This document shows, piece after piece, positions 14,883 through 22,607 of a stretch of DNA of 32,000 nt. Each line of letters begins with the position of its first letter. Position 1 is the stretch's first letter. Source of the stretch: Candidatus Thalassarchaeaceae archaeon (GTDB lineage: Archaea > Thermoplasmatota > Poseidoniia > Poseidoniales > Thalassarchaeaceae); contig JBJLBP010000001.1 in the NCBI GenBank assembly GCA_045568075.1, forward strand, positions 300,001-332,000, read 5' to 3'. The position numbers were made by a program, and so were the translations under genes. The notes beneath the pieces are model-generated. The model was not told the origin of the DNA and did no database searches. It saw only the letters and a program-made list of their open reading frames with translations.

Positions 14883-16172
14883 TCAGCAATCGACACCAGC
14901 GTCGAGTTTGTACTGGTCGTAGACTTCGCGGAAGAGTTGCATATCTGACTCGAAAGTCTCGGGTAACAACGGTCCGAATGAAAATCGGAAGAATCGAGTG
15001 TAGGGCGATTGGTAACTTGGGTCCTTAGAATGAGGGCGAGCCATATCGCAATCCGAGGCGCAAAGAATTGCAGCACCTCGCTTGAACAACCGCTCGTTGA
15101 GCTCCGCGCTAGTCATCCCTTCTGGTAATTCGAGCCAGTGGTAGAACCCACCATTGCCGGTAAAGACACCCAAGCCCATCTCCTCAAACGCCTTGCCGTA
15201 ACGCTCTCGCTGCCAGTTGTAATGCCCTTCAACTGCCTTCCGGGCCTTCTTGACACGCTCTGGTTCGAGCAATTTGACTGCATAATGTTGCGATGGGTGA
15301 CTGACACCACCCATTCCAAAACTCGAGTAATTTGCCATTGTCTCGATATTGGTCTTGCTTGCGACGATCCATCCTATGCGAATTCCAGGAGATTGCAGAC
15401 CCTTCGTGCAGGCCCCAGCGATGAACACATTGCTCTTGTCCAAGTCCTGCACGAATTCGATTCCACTGACTGAAGGTGAGTGGAACATTTCGTAGGCTTC
15501 ATCGAGCAATATGCCGTTTCCGGGCTGCTCGGCTATGGTGATTAATTCCTTCAATTCCTCTCCCGACCGCGTCTGGCCAGACGGATTTTGTGGGTTGGAA
15601 ATTACTGGCATCAGAGCGGTGCCATCAGCAACGCCAGTGCGATCAAAATATTCTGCATTCCTCGGATGAAAATTATTCTCCTTACTGAAAGGAACGATGT
15701 CGTATTCGGTATTAGTTTGAGTTAGAATATCGAGGTAAGCCGGCCATTCGATATTTCCAATCTTGACCTTTACATGCTCCTTTAGGAAGGCCATCACGGT
15801 GTAAATTCCTGGCCGACCGCCCGCGAAGACCATCACATTCTCGGGCGTGATTGTAGATCCATAGCGCGAGTTGTAGAAATCAACAATCGCCTCGCGCAAA
15901 CTCGGATGCCCCCATGCCTTTGGGTAGAAGCGATCCTCCCAAGTCACCTCTACGCTGGCAGGCAACTCCGGCCCACCGAATTTTTCCAAAGGAGTCGTCA
16001 GAGGGAAGCCTTGTGACCAAGGGTGAGTGCCTTCGGTACCCATGAAACTGCCGAATGAATCGGCGAAGGCGTAGAGAGTCTCGTAGATCCCCATTGGCGG
16101 GCAATTATCCGAAAGGAAGGATTCGAATTGGTCTGATTTTGACTCATCCCCGCCTCCAGATTCGCTTGCCAT
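14883..16172 (-). CDS. PLP-dependent aminotransferase, class I/II (aspartate-aminotransferase fold).
   Basis: VISNPQNPSGQ (substrate/PLP loop), ILLDEAYEMF (D-x-x-Y), and ACTKGLQSPGIRIGWIV (PLP lysine followed by the G-x-R-x-G motif). Confidence 0.8.
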   Translation of the reverse strand: MASESGGGDESKSDQFESFLSDNCPPMGIYETLYAFADSFGSFMGTEGTHPWSQGFPLTTPLEKFGGPELPASVEVTWEDRFYPKAWGHPSLREAIVDFYNSRYGSTITPENVMVFAGGRPGIYTVMAFLKEHVKVKIGNIEWPAYLDILTQTNTEYDIVPFSKENNFHPRNAEYFDRTGVADGTALMPVISNPQNPSGQTRSGEELKELITIAEQPGNGILLDEAYEMFHSPSVSGIEFVQDLDKSNVFIAGACTKGLQSPGIRIGWIVASKTNIETMANYSSFGMGGVSHPSQHYAVKLLEPERVKKARKAVEGHYNWQRERYGKAFEEMGLGVFTGNGGFYHWLELPEGMTSAELNERLFKRGAAILCASDCDMARPHSKDPSYQSPYTRFFRFSFGPLLPETFESDMQLFREVYDQYKLDAGVDC

Positions 16173-16266
16173 GGCTCACCGTTCAGCCTACGATACATCA
16201 TCATGTTCCTGTCAAGAGATGCTGAATTAAGTCACGGAGGAAGAATTAAACCACTTCTGAATTAGT

Positions 16267-19200
16267 GTGGAAAACGTGTTCTTCCACCTCAGAACCCGTG
16301 ACCTCGTTGCATTCGCTCTGGTCCTTCTCATGTTGGGAATGAGCGCTTCTTTCGGAATCGCCCCAGAGGATGAACGGAAATCTACCTCTTTGGAAGATGA
16401 AACTCCACTTCTTATGACCCACTCAACAATCACCGACATCGGCTTCTCCGCTGACTCGATTTACACAAACACAACAATCGCCGCGGGCACTTACAACGGC
16501 TGTGCAATTCTTGAGAATCAAAGCATGGTTTGCTGGGGTGACAATGAGTATGGTCAACTCGGCGATGGGACTACTGACGGATCGGTGGTGCCGATTTACG
16601 TCAACGTTGCCGCTAACGAAACTCCTGTCGAGGTCACGGTTGGACAAGTCACAGCCTGTGCCTTGATGGAATCAGGGAACATCTACTGCTGGGGCTCAGG
16701 TTACTATGGTAAGATGGGTAACGGTGAGCCCTGGGGTGATGATTATGTGAATACAGAGATGCGTCAAGTATTGCTTCCTGAAGGTCAAGGCGGTCAAACG
16801 GTCTCGATTTCCGGCGGCCACATCTGCACTATCCTCGACAACGGTGACGTCTACTGTTGGGGTCGAGGCAACCAAGGTCAACTCGGATATGGAGGCACAT
16901 CAAATCGCAATATTCCAGCAAAGGTAAATTTGCCCGGACAGCGAAGTGCGATTGCGATTTCGACCGGGACCTACATGACTTGTGCTATCACGACCGATGG
17001 AATGGGCTACTGTTGGGGCGAAAATGACGAGGGACAACTCGGGAATGGCACTACAAATACGAGGCGAACGACACCCGTCGAGGTCCTCTTTCCATCTGGA
17101 TACACCCCTGTTTCTATCTCGGCTGGCGATGACTTCTCCTGTGCTTTGATGGATAATCGCAAGGTGATGTGCTGGGGTGAGAATAACGATGGTCGCTTGG
17201 GCCAAGGTCCTTTGGCAACCGATGATGAAACAACGCCTGTTTGGGTGAGTATGGAGAATAGTGAGACGGCTCATTTCCTTGATATCGGAACAAAATCTGC
17301 TTGCATGATTCTGGATTCAGGGGAAACCAAGTGCTGGGGTACAAATGAGGAGGGCCAAATAGGCCAGGGAGACACCAATATCGACTATTATCCAACTCCA
17401 ACTGAGGTGAGCGGTAACCACGACTTCGTCGCTCTTTCAATCAATTCAGATACTATTTGTGCGATTACATCTGACGCAGAAGGATACTGCTGGGGAGATA
17501 ATGAGGCTGGCCAGACTGGACGTGGATCAATAGATACCGACGAACCGACACCAGGTGAAATTTTGTTTACTTCGAATCACCTGATGCTCGACGATCGTGA
17601 TCCGGATGAAGACGGTATTCTTTCGATCTTCGACCCCTTCCCAAGAGGGTGCATTCCAGGCAGTTGGTTCAATTCCACTCTGGGTGATTGTCAGTGGAAC
17701 TCCCCTGGTCATTACACAGATCAAGCAGAGTTGACTCAGGAAATTCCTTGCCCGATTGGCAGCTATCAGCCGTATACGGGTCAGTCGAGTTGCTTACTCT
17801 CGCCGTCGGGTAATTACACAGACGTTGAAGCATCGATTACACCAACTCCATGCCCAGCCGGCCAATATCAGCCAGCTGAGGGCCAGACCGCGTGCATCGA
17901 GAACGATGCTGGCCACTTCTCACTCGAAGGTTCAGTCGAGCAAGACCCCTGTCCGAAGGGAACCTACCAGCCTTCTACCGGACAGGCGGATTGCCTCAAT
18001 GCCGACCCCGGACATTTCGTCAATGTTACGGGCTCAACGTCCCAGACGCCGTGCTCGCAAGGGACCTATTCATCTACGTCGATGGCAGAATCTTGCACCG
18101 AGGCGAGCCTTGGTTATCATGCACCCAATACGGGTTCGACAGAGCAGACAGAATGTGCTGTCGGAACTTTCGCTGACGAGACCGGCCTTGCGCAATGTAA
18201 GGATACTGCTCCCGGTCATTTTGTTGCCTCCACAGGAGCATCCAGTGAGACTCCATGCCCTCCCTCGCAGTACCAGCCTTTGGGAGGGCAATCCTCCTGT
18301 TTGCTAACTGACCCAGGGCATTATACGACCTCGGATGGCTCAATCGAGCAAACCGAATGCACTTGGGGATATTACCAGAGTGAGTCTGGGTCTATTCGTT
18401 GTCTGACCTCTAAACCAGGTCACTACGTCAATCAATCTGGCGCCGCTGAACAGACTCCTTGTTCTCCTGGTTCATTCCAGAACCAGTATGTGAAACGAGA
18501 ATGCATCGAGGCCTTTGAAGGATATTTTGTCGCAGAAGCGGCCTCGCCCTCTCAGACCCGTTGTCCACTTGGGTATTACACAGATTCGAGAGGCTCGTTA
18601 GAGTGTAATCTCGTCTCTCCAGGGCACTACACCACTACAGAAGGGGCGACAGCTCAAACTCCCTGTTCGAATGGTACTTATCAGCCTGAATCTGGACAGT
18701 CATCCTGTCATTACGCAGACGAAGGGCATCATGTTCCTGAGGAAGGTGCAAGCCAACAAATTCCGTGCCCACCGGGTTCTTTTCAGGCGCTGACTGCTAT
18801 GCAATTCTGTATCGATACCGATCCGGGTTATCACACTCCTGAGCCAGGAATGACCGAGCAGATTATCTGCTCAGCAGGAACCTTCCAACCCGATGCCGGC
18901 CAAGGAATATGCCATCAAGCGGACAAGGGGCATTACGTTCTAATTTCTGGAATGACCGAGCAGACGATTTGCCTCGCGGGTTGGTTCCAACCTGAAGTTG
19001 GTCAGCTTGAGTGTTTGCAGGCACAACCTGGCTACTATTCTCCAGCGGCGGGAACCGCTGATCAGATTGCCTGCGAGCCCGGTACATATCAGGGTCGGAC
19101 GGGAGCTTCCAATTGCAATAATGCCGAGATTGATCACTACGTTGAAGCAGCAGCCTCAACTTCCCAGACGCCATGCCCTGAGGGGTCATCTCAACCATTA

Positions 19201-19323
19201 GAGGCACAATCAGAGTGCATCTTCCCTCCGGGTCTAAGCACACAGACAATTCTCTTGGTTGCAGGAAGTGTTGGAGTGATTTTAATCACCGGCCTCGTTC
19301 TGATTATGCGTAGAAGAAATTGA
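16267..19323 (+). CDS. Surface protein paralog 1 (1018 aa): signal sequence, 7-blade RCC1-like propeller, TSP3-like DxDxDG site, 32-Cys ladder of 34-aa repeats, C-terminal TM and RRRN tail.
   Basis: N-terminal LVLLMLGMSASFG. Seven blades: CWGDNEYGQLGDG, CWGSGYYGKMGNG, CWGRGNQGQLGYG, CWGENDEGQLGNG, CWGENNDGRLGQG, CWGTNEEGQIGQG, CWGDNEAGQTGRG. DDRDPDEDGILSIFDP linker. Repeats of C-P-x-G-x-Y-Q-P-x-x-G-Q-x-x-C / x4-P-G-H-Y-x4-G-x3-Q-T-P-C. TM helix ILLVAGSVGVILITGLVLIM. GTG start. Confidence 0.85.
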   Translation: MENVFFHLRTRDLVAFALVLLMLGMSASFGIAPEDERKSTSLEDETPLLMTHSTITDIGFSADSIYTNTTIAAGTYNGCAILENQSMVCWGDNEYGQLGDGTTDGSVVPIYVNVAANETPVEVTVGQVTACALMESGNIYCWGSGYYGKMGNGEPWGDDYVNTEMRQVLLPEGQGGQTVSISGGHICTILDNGDVYCWGRGNQGQLGYGGTSNRNIPAKVNLPGQRSAIAISTGTYMTCAITTDGMGYCWGENDEGQLGNGTTNTRRTTPVEVLFPSGYTPVSISAGDDFSCALMDNRKVMCWGENNDGRLGQGPLATDDETTPVWVSMENSETAHFLDIGTKSACMILDSGETKCWGTNEEGQIGQGDTNIDYYPTPTEVSGNHDFVALSINSDTICAITSDAEGYCWGDNEAGQTGRGSIDTDEPTPGEILFTSNHLMLDDRDPDEDGILSIFDPFPRGCIPGSWFNSTLGDCQWNSPGHYTDQAELTQEIPCPIGSYQPYTGQSSCLLSPSGNYTDVEASITPTPCPAGQYQPAEGQTACIENDAGHFSLEGSVEQDPCPKGTYQPSTGQADCLNADPGHFVNVTGSTSQTPCSQGTYSSTSMAESCTEASLGYHAPNTGSTEQTECAVGTFADETGLAQCKDTAPGHFVASTGASSETPCPPSQYQPLGGQSSCLLTDPGHYTTSDGSIEQTECTWGYYQSESGSIRCLTSKPGHYVNQSGAAEQTPCSPGSFQNQYVKRECIEAFEGYFVAEAASPSQTRCPLGYYTDSRGSLECNLVSPGHYTTTEGATAQTPCSNGTYQPESGQSSCHYADEGHHVPEEGASQQIPCPPGSFQALTAMQFCIDTDPGYHTPEPGMTEQIICSAGTFQPDAGQGICHQADKGHYVLISGMTEQTICLAGWFQPEVGQLECLQAQPGYYSPAAGTADQIACEPGTYQGRTGASNCNNAEIDHYVEAAASTSQTPCPEGSSQPLEAQSECIFPPGLSTQTILLVAGSVGVILITGLVLIMRRRN
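17650..19218 (+). repeat. In-frame coding repeat array: 32 cysteines and about 15.5 units of about 34 aa (about 102 nt), ephrin-receptor-like/GCC2_GCC3-like.
   Basis: The span from first to last ladder Cys codon is 1569 nt (523 aa). Cys spacing alternates at roughly 13 and 19 residues. Confidence 0.8.
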
Positions 19324-19382
19324 CTCGGTCCGACATTGAATGCGCACTACCGTCGGAATGACTAAAGCAAACCTAGAACCAT

Positions 19383-22300
19383 GTGCCGTCTATGATAGAT
19401 AGCCACCGATTGAAGCCTTTGCTTGCTCTTTCTTTAGTCGTCATGATGCTTGGCATGAGTGCCTCAATTGGAATATCCGAAGACTCTCCTCCAAATGAGG
19501 AATCAGAACTCCCTCAAGTCATTGAGCCGAGATCCACACATGGTGGTCTAAACATTCCCGGTTCGACCGCGGGTTCAGTTTATTCAGCCTCGACGGTTTA
19601 TGCCTCGTGGAATTACAGTTGTGCAGTCCTCAATACCAACGGCATGAAGTGCTGGGGTGAGGGTAGTTATGGGAAACTCGGACACGGCTCCGGAGGCAAC
19701 TCCGTGGAGCCTGTTAACGTCCTGCTCGGAAATAACGCAGGAATCAGCACAGCAACAGAGGTTGGAGCGGGTTTGAGTCATCACACCTGCGCCATGATGA
19801 CCGATTCCACACTGCAGTGCTGGGGCGAAGATTGGAATGGTCAGAATGGTCACGGTAGTGGTGGTGGCTGGCATGGTGGAGATACCTCTCCAGTGGTAGT
19901 GAATATGCCCACCGGGCGGACCGCGCTGACAGTAACCAACGGTGGCCATCACACTTGTTCAATTATGGACAATAGTTCATTGTGGTGTTGGGGACGTGGC
20001 GGAACGGGCCAACTCGGAACTGGAAGTTTGAATGACCATTACGTTCCTGAATTAATTTCATTGCCACCAAATGCCTCACCAATCGCTGTTTCAGCCGGCT
20101 GGGATAGCACTTGCGTCATACTCCAAAATAACACTGGGATGTGCACTGGTTGGAATGGTTATGGCCAACTTGGTGATGGTACCCAAACCAATGCATCCAC
20201 ATTTACTCCTATGTCTGTACTACCTCCAAATAGTAATTTATCAGCAATCTCTATGGGAGTTAGTCACACTTGTGGTTTGTTGAAAAATGGTAGTATCTAT
20301 TGCTGGGGAAATAACGCAAATGGGCAGCTTGGTGACAACACAACTGAATCAAGAAACGACTCATCGGTGCAAGTAATTCTGCCCGCAGGTAGAACTGCCA
20401 TCACTGTGGATGCGGGGATGCACCACTCATGTGCCATCCTCGATGACGATAGTGCCGTGTGCTGGGGTGACAATGAGTATGGTCAAATCGGAGACGATAC
20501 CACCACTGACCGCCTAACTCCTACAGCTATATCGTTCCCAGGGGGTATCGGTGTGGCTACGATTAGCGCAGGTCGCGTTCACAGTTGCGCGGTCGTAATG
20601 AACGGATCGACATACTGCTGGGGAGCTCACCACCTCGGTCAACTCGGCAATGGTTTGGGCGTCGATAGCGACATTCCAATGTATGTCAATCTCAGTACTG
20701 GAGGGCAATATTATCACGCATCTCTTGGCGAGAGAGATCTCGACGATGATGGAATCCTGTCGATTTTCGACGACACACCTTACCCTCCTCCTATCTGTCC
20801 AATGGGGCAATACGTGGTCGGCTACGAATGCATCGAAGCATCTCCTGGTAATTACACTCCTACATCTGGTATGTCTGAACAGTTCCCCTGCCCAGCAGGA
20901 ACCTACCAACCTGAATATGGACAGGCCTCATGTTATGATGCACCACTAGGATACTATGTCCCATCTAATAGTTCAATCAGTGCGATGACGTGTCTAGCAG
21001 GGACCTTCCAGAATCAAACCGGTCAGACTTCGTGTATCGATTCTCCTCCTGGAAACTACACCAATACTGATGCTGCTTCTGAGCCGACCATGTGCGGCGT
21101 CGGACTATACCAACCACTGAGCGGCCAAACCTCATGCCTCGCGAGCGATGCAGGAAATTTTGTAGAAAGTGAAGGCCAAACGGAGCAGACTGCTTGTGAA
21201 GTGGGCACCTACCAACCGGGAATCGGGCGCACAAATTGTTTCTCGGCCGAAAAGGGCCACTATGTGAGTCAGGAGGCTGCAACCGACCAGACAGCGTGTG
21301 AGGCTGGAAGTTATGCTGATGAAAGCGGCTTAACCGCCTGTAAAATGGCAGATCCCGGGCATTATGTCGGGTCTATGGCAGCTGTTACACAGACCGCCTG
21401 TGCACCGGGTGAATACCAACCTCAATCATCCCAGACCTCTTGCCTCACGACTGAGGCAGGTCATCAAAACCCCGACATCGGTTCTACAGATATGATTCCG
21501 TGTGAGGCCGGATATTACCAACATGAGACTGGCCGAACGTATTGCCTCGCTGCAGACCCCGGGTCTTACATCCCAGCCCCTGCAGCTTCGGCTCAAATCG
21601 AATGTCCTGCAGGAACCTACTCTCAAGAATCAGCCAGCACTAGTTGTATTGATGCAGACGCTGGTTTTCACATTCCAGAGTCAGGCTCAACGGACCAAAT
21701 CGAATGCGTTGCAGGAACTTATTCTTCCGATGCAGGGTCCACAGTCTGTGCCAGTGCAGACCCCGGATATTACGTGTTGAGTAAACAAGCAACCGGCCAA
21801 ATTGCGTGCGACGCAGGATCTTATCAGCCAGAATCTGAGGCTACTGGTTGCTTGCAGGCCATCCCTGGACACTATGTTGAGTCCAGCGCAAGCGACTCTC
21901 AGGTTTCTTGCCTCGCTGGAACCTATCAGGCAGAGGCTGGGAAAACTAGTTGCATTACCGCACCTCCAGGAACTTACGCTGCTGAAGAATCCTCAACCAC
22001 AGTCGAAAACTGTGGCCCCGGAACCTACCAACCGGATTCGGGCCAATCCTCCTGTCTCGAAGCCGAGGTAGGTCACATCGTAGATTCTCACGGCGCAACC
22101 GAACAGATTGCATGCGAAGCTGGAACCTACCAACCCCTAACTGCACAGACTGAGTGTGAAACCGCCAGTCCTGGAAGTTACGCTGCATCTCCCGGCTCAG
22201 CAGAAGCAACTCCATGCTCGCCTGGAACCTATCAGCCAATGTTCGGAGCTGATTCCTGTCGCCTCGCTAGTAAGGACCATTTCGTCGAACTTGAGGGTGC

Positions 22301-22607
22301 AATCAGTCAGACACCTTGCCCTTCGGGCGAGTCTCAAATGAACGAGGGCCAGCCATCTTGCATCGTTGATGTGGATAACTCACTACCTATCGAAATGATT
22401 GCGATTGGAGGCGTGGTCGTCCTAGCCCTAGCAGGATTCATGCTCACTCGTGGTAAGAGTGAGCCTGAGCCAGTACCTCAGCGCCGTCGAAGACCACCTA
22501 AGGGTGCCCGTCGCAAGAGGAAGCGACCTGAGAGCGCACGTAAGGAAGAAGAGGACCAGAATAAGTGGGGAAGGCCTTCTGAGGACTCAGGAGGTGAAGA
22601 GGAATGA
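19383..22607 (+). CDS. Surface protein paralog 2 (1074 aa): same architecture, with a long Arg/Lys-rich then acidic cytoplasmic tail.
   Basis: N-terminal LSLVVMMLGMSASIG. Blades: CWGEGSYGKLGHG, CWGEDWNGQNGHG, CWGRGGTGQLGTG, CTGWNGYGQLGDG, CWGNNANGQLGDN, CWGDNEYGQIGDD, CWGAHHLGQLGNG. ERDLDDDGILSIFDD linker. A 32-Cys ladder. TM helix MIAIGGVVVLALAGFML. Tail RRRRPPKGARRKRKRPE...GGEEE. The start is GTG 19383 or ATG 19392. Confidence 0.85.
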   Translation: MPSMIDSHRLKPLLALSLVVMMLGMSASIGISEDSPPNEESELPQVIEPRSTHGGLNIPGSTAGSVYSASTVYASWNYSCAVLNTNGMKCWGEGSYGKLGHGSGGNSVEPVNVLLGNNAGISTATEVGAGLSHHTCAMMTDSTLQCWGEDWNGQNGHGSGGGWHGGDTSPVVVNMPTGRTALTVTNGGHHTCSIMDNSSLWCWGRGGTGQLGTGSLNDHYVPELISLPPNASPIAVSAGWDSTCVILQNNTGMCTGWNGYGQLGDGTQTNASTFTPMSVLPPNSNLSAISMGVSHTCGLLKNGSIYCWGNNANGQLGDNTTESRNDSSVQVILPAGRTAITVDAGMHHSCAILDDDSAVCWGDNEYGQIGDDTTTDRLTPTAISFPGGIGVATISAGRVHSCAVVMNGSTYCWGAHHLGQLGNGLGVDSDIPMYVNLSTGGQYYHASLGERDLDDDGILSIFDDTPYPPPICPMGQYVVGYECIEASPGNYTPTSGMSEQFPCPAGTYQPEYGQASCYDAPLGYYVPSNSSISAMTCLAGTFQNQTGQTSCIDSPPGNYTNTDAASEPTMCGVGLYQPLSGQTSCLASDAGNFVESEGQTEQTACEVGTYQPGIGRTNCFSAEKGHYVSQEAATDQTACEAGSYADESGLTACKMADPGHYVGSMAAVTQTACAPGEYQPQSSQTSCLTTEAGHQNPDIGSTDMIPCEAGYYQHETGRTYCLAADPGSYIPAPAASAQIECPAGTYSQESASTSCIDADAGFHIPESGSTDQIECVAGTYSSDAGSTVCASADPGYYVLSKQATGQIACDAGSYQPESEATGCLQAIPGHYVESSASDSQVSCLAGTYQAEAGKTSCITAPPGTYAAEESSTTVENCGPGTYQPDSGQSSCLEAEVGHIVDSHGATEQIACEAGTYQPLTAQTECETASPGSYAASPGSAEATPCSPGTYQPMFGADSCRLASKDHFVELEGAISQTPCPSGESQMNEGQPSCIVDVDNSLPIEMIAIGGVVVLALAGFMLTRGKSEPEPVPQRRRRPPKGARRKRKRPESARKEEEDQNKWGRPSEDSGGEEE
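20796..22361 (+). repeat. In-frame coding repeat array of paralog 2 (32 cysteines, about 34-aa units).
   Basis: The span from first to last ladder Cys codon is 1566 nt (522 aa), with the same alternating Cys spacing. Confidence 0.8.
22590..22597 (+). promoter_or_regulatory. Shine-Dalgarno site GGAGGTGA for paralog 3.
   Basis: GGAGGTGAAGAGGAATGA: SD, 6-nt spacer, and ATG 22604 overlapping the TGA (22605-22607) of paralog 2. Confidence 0.65.

Noticed and set aside
17756-18307. 183-aa Arg-rich plus-strand ORF, and similar ORFs at 21502-22341 and 24003-25535 within the repeat arrays.
   Set aside because: These are alternative frames of the Cys-ladder coding sequence. Their periodic composition simply mirrors the 102-nt repeat, and they have no start-site support.
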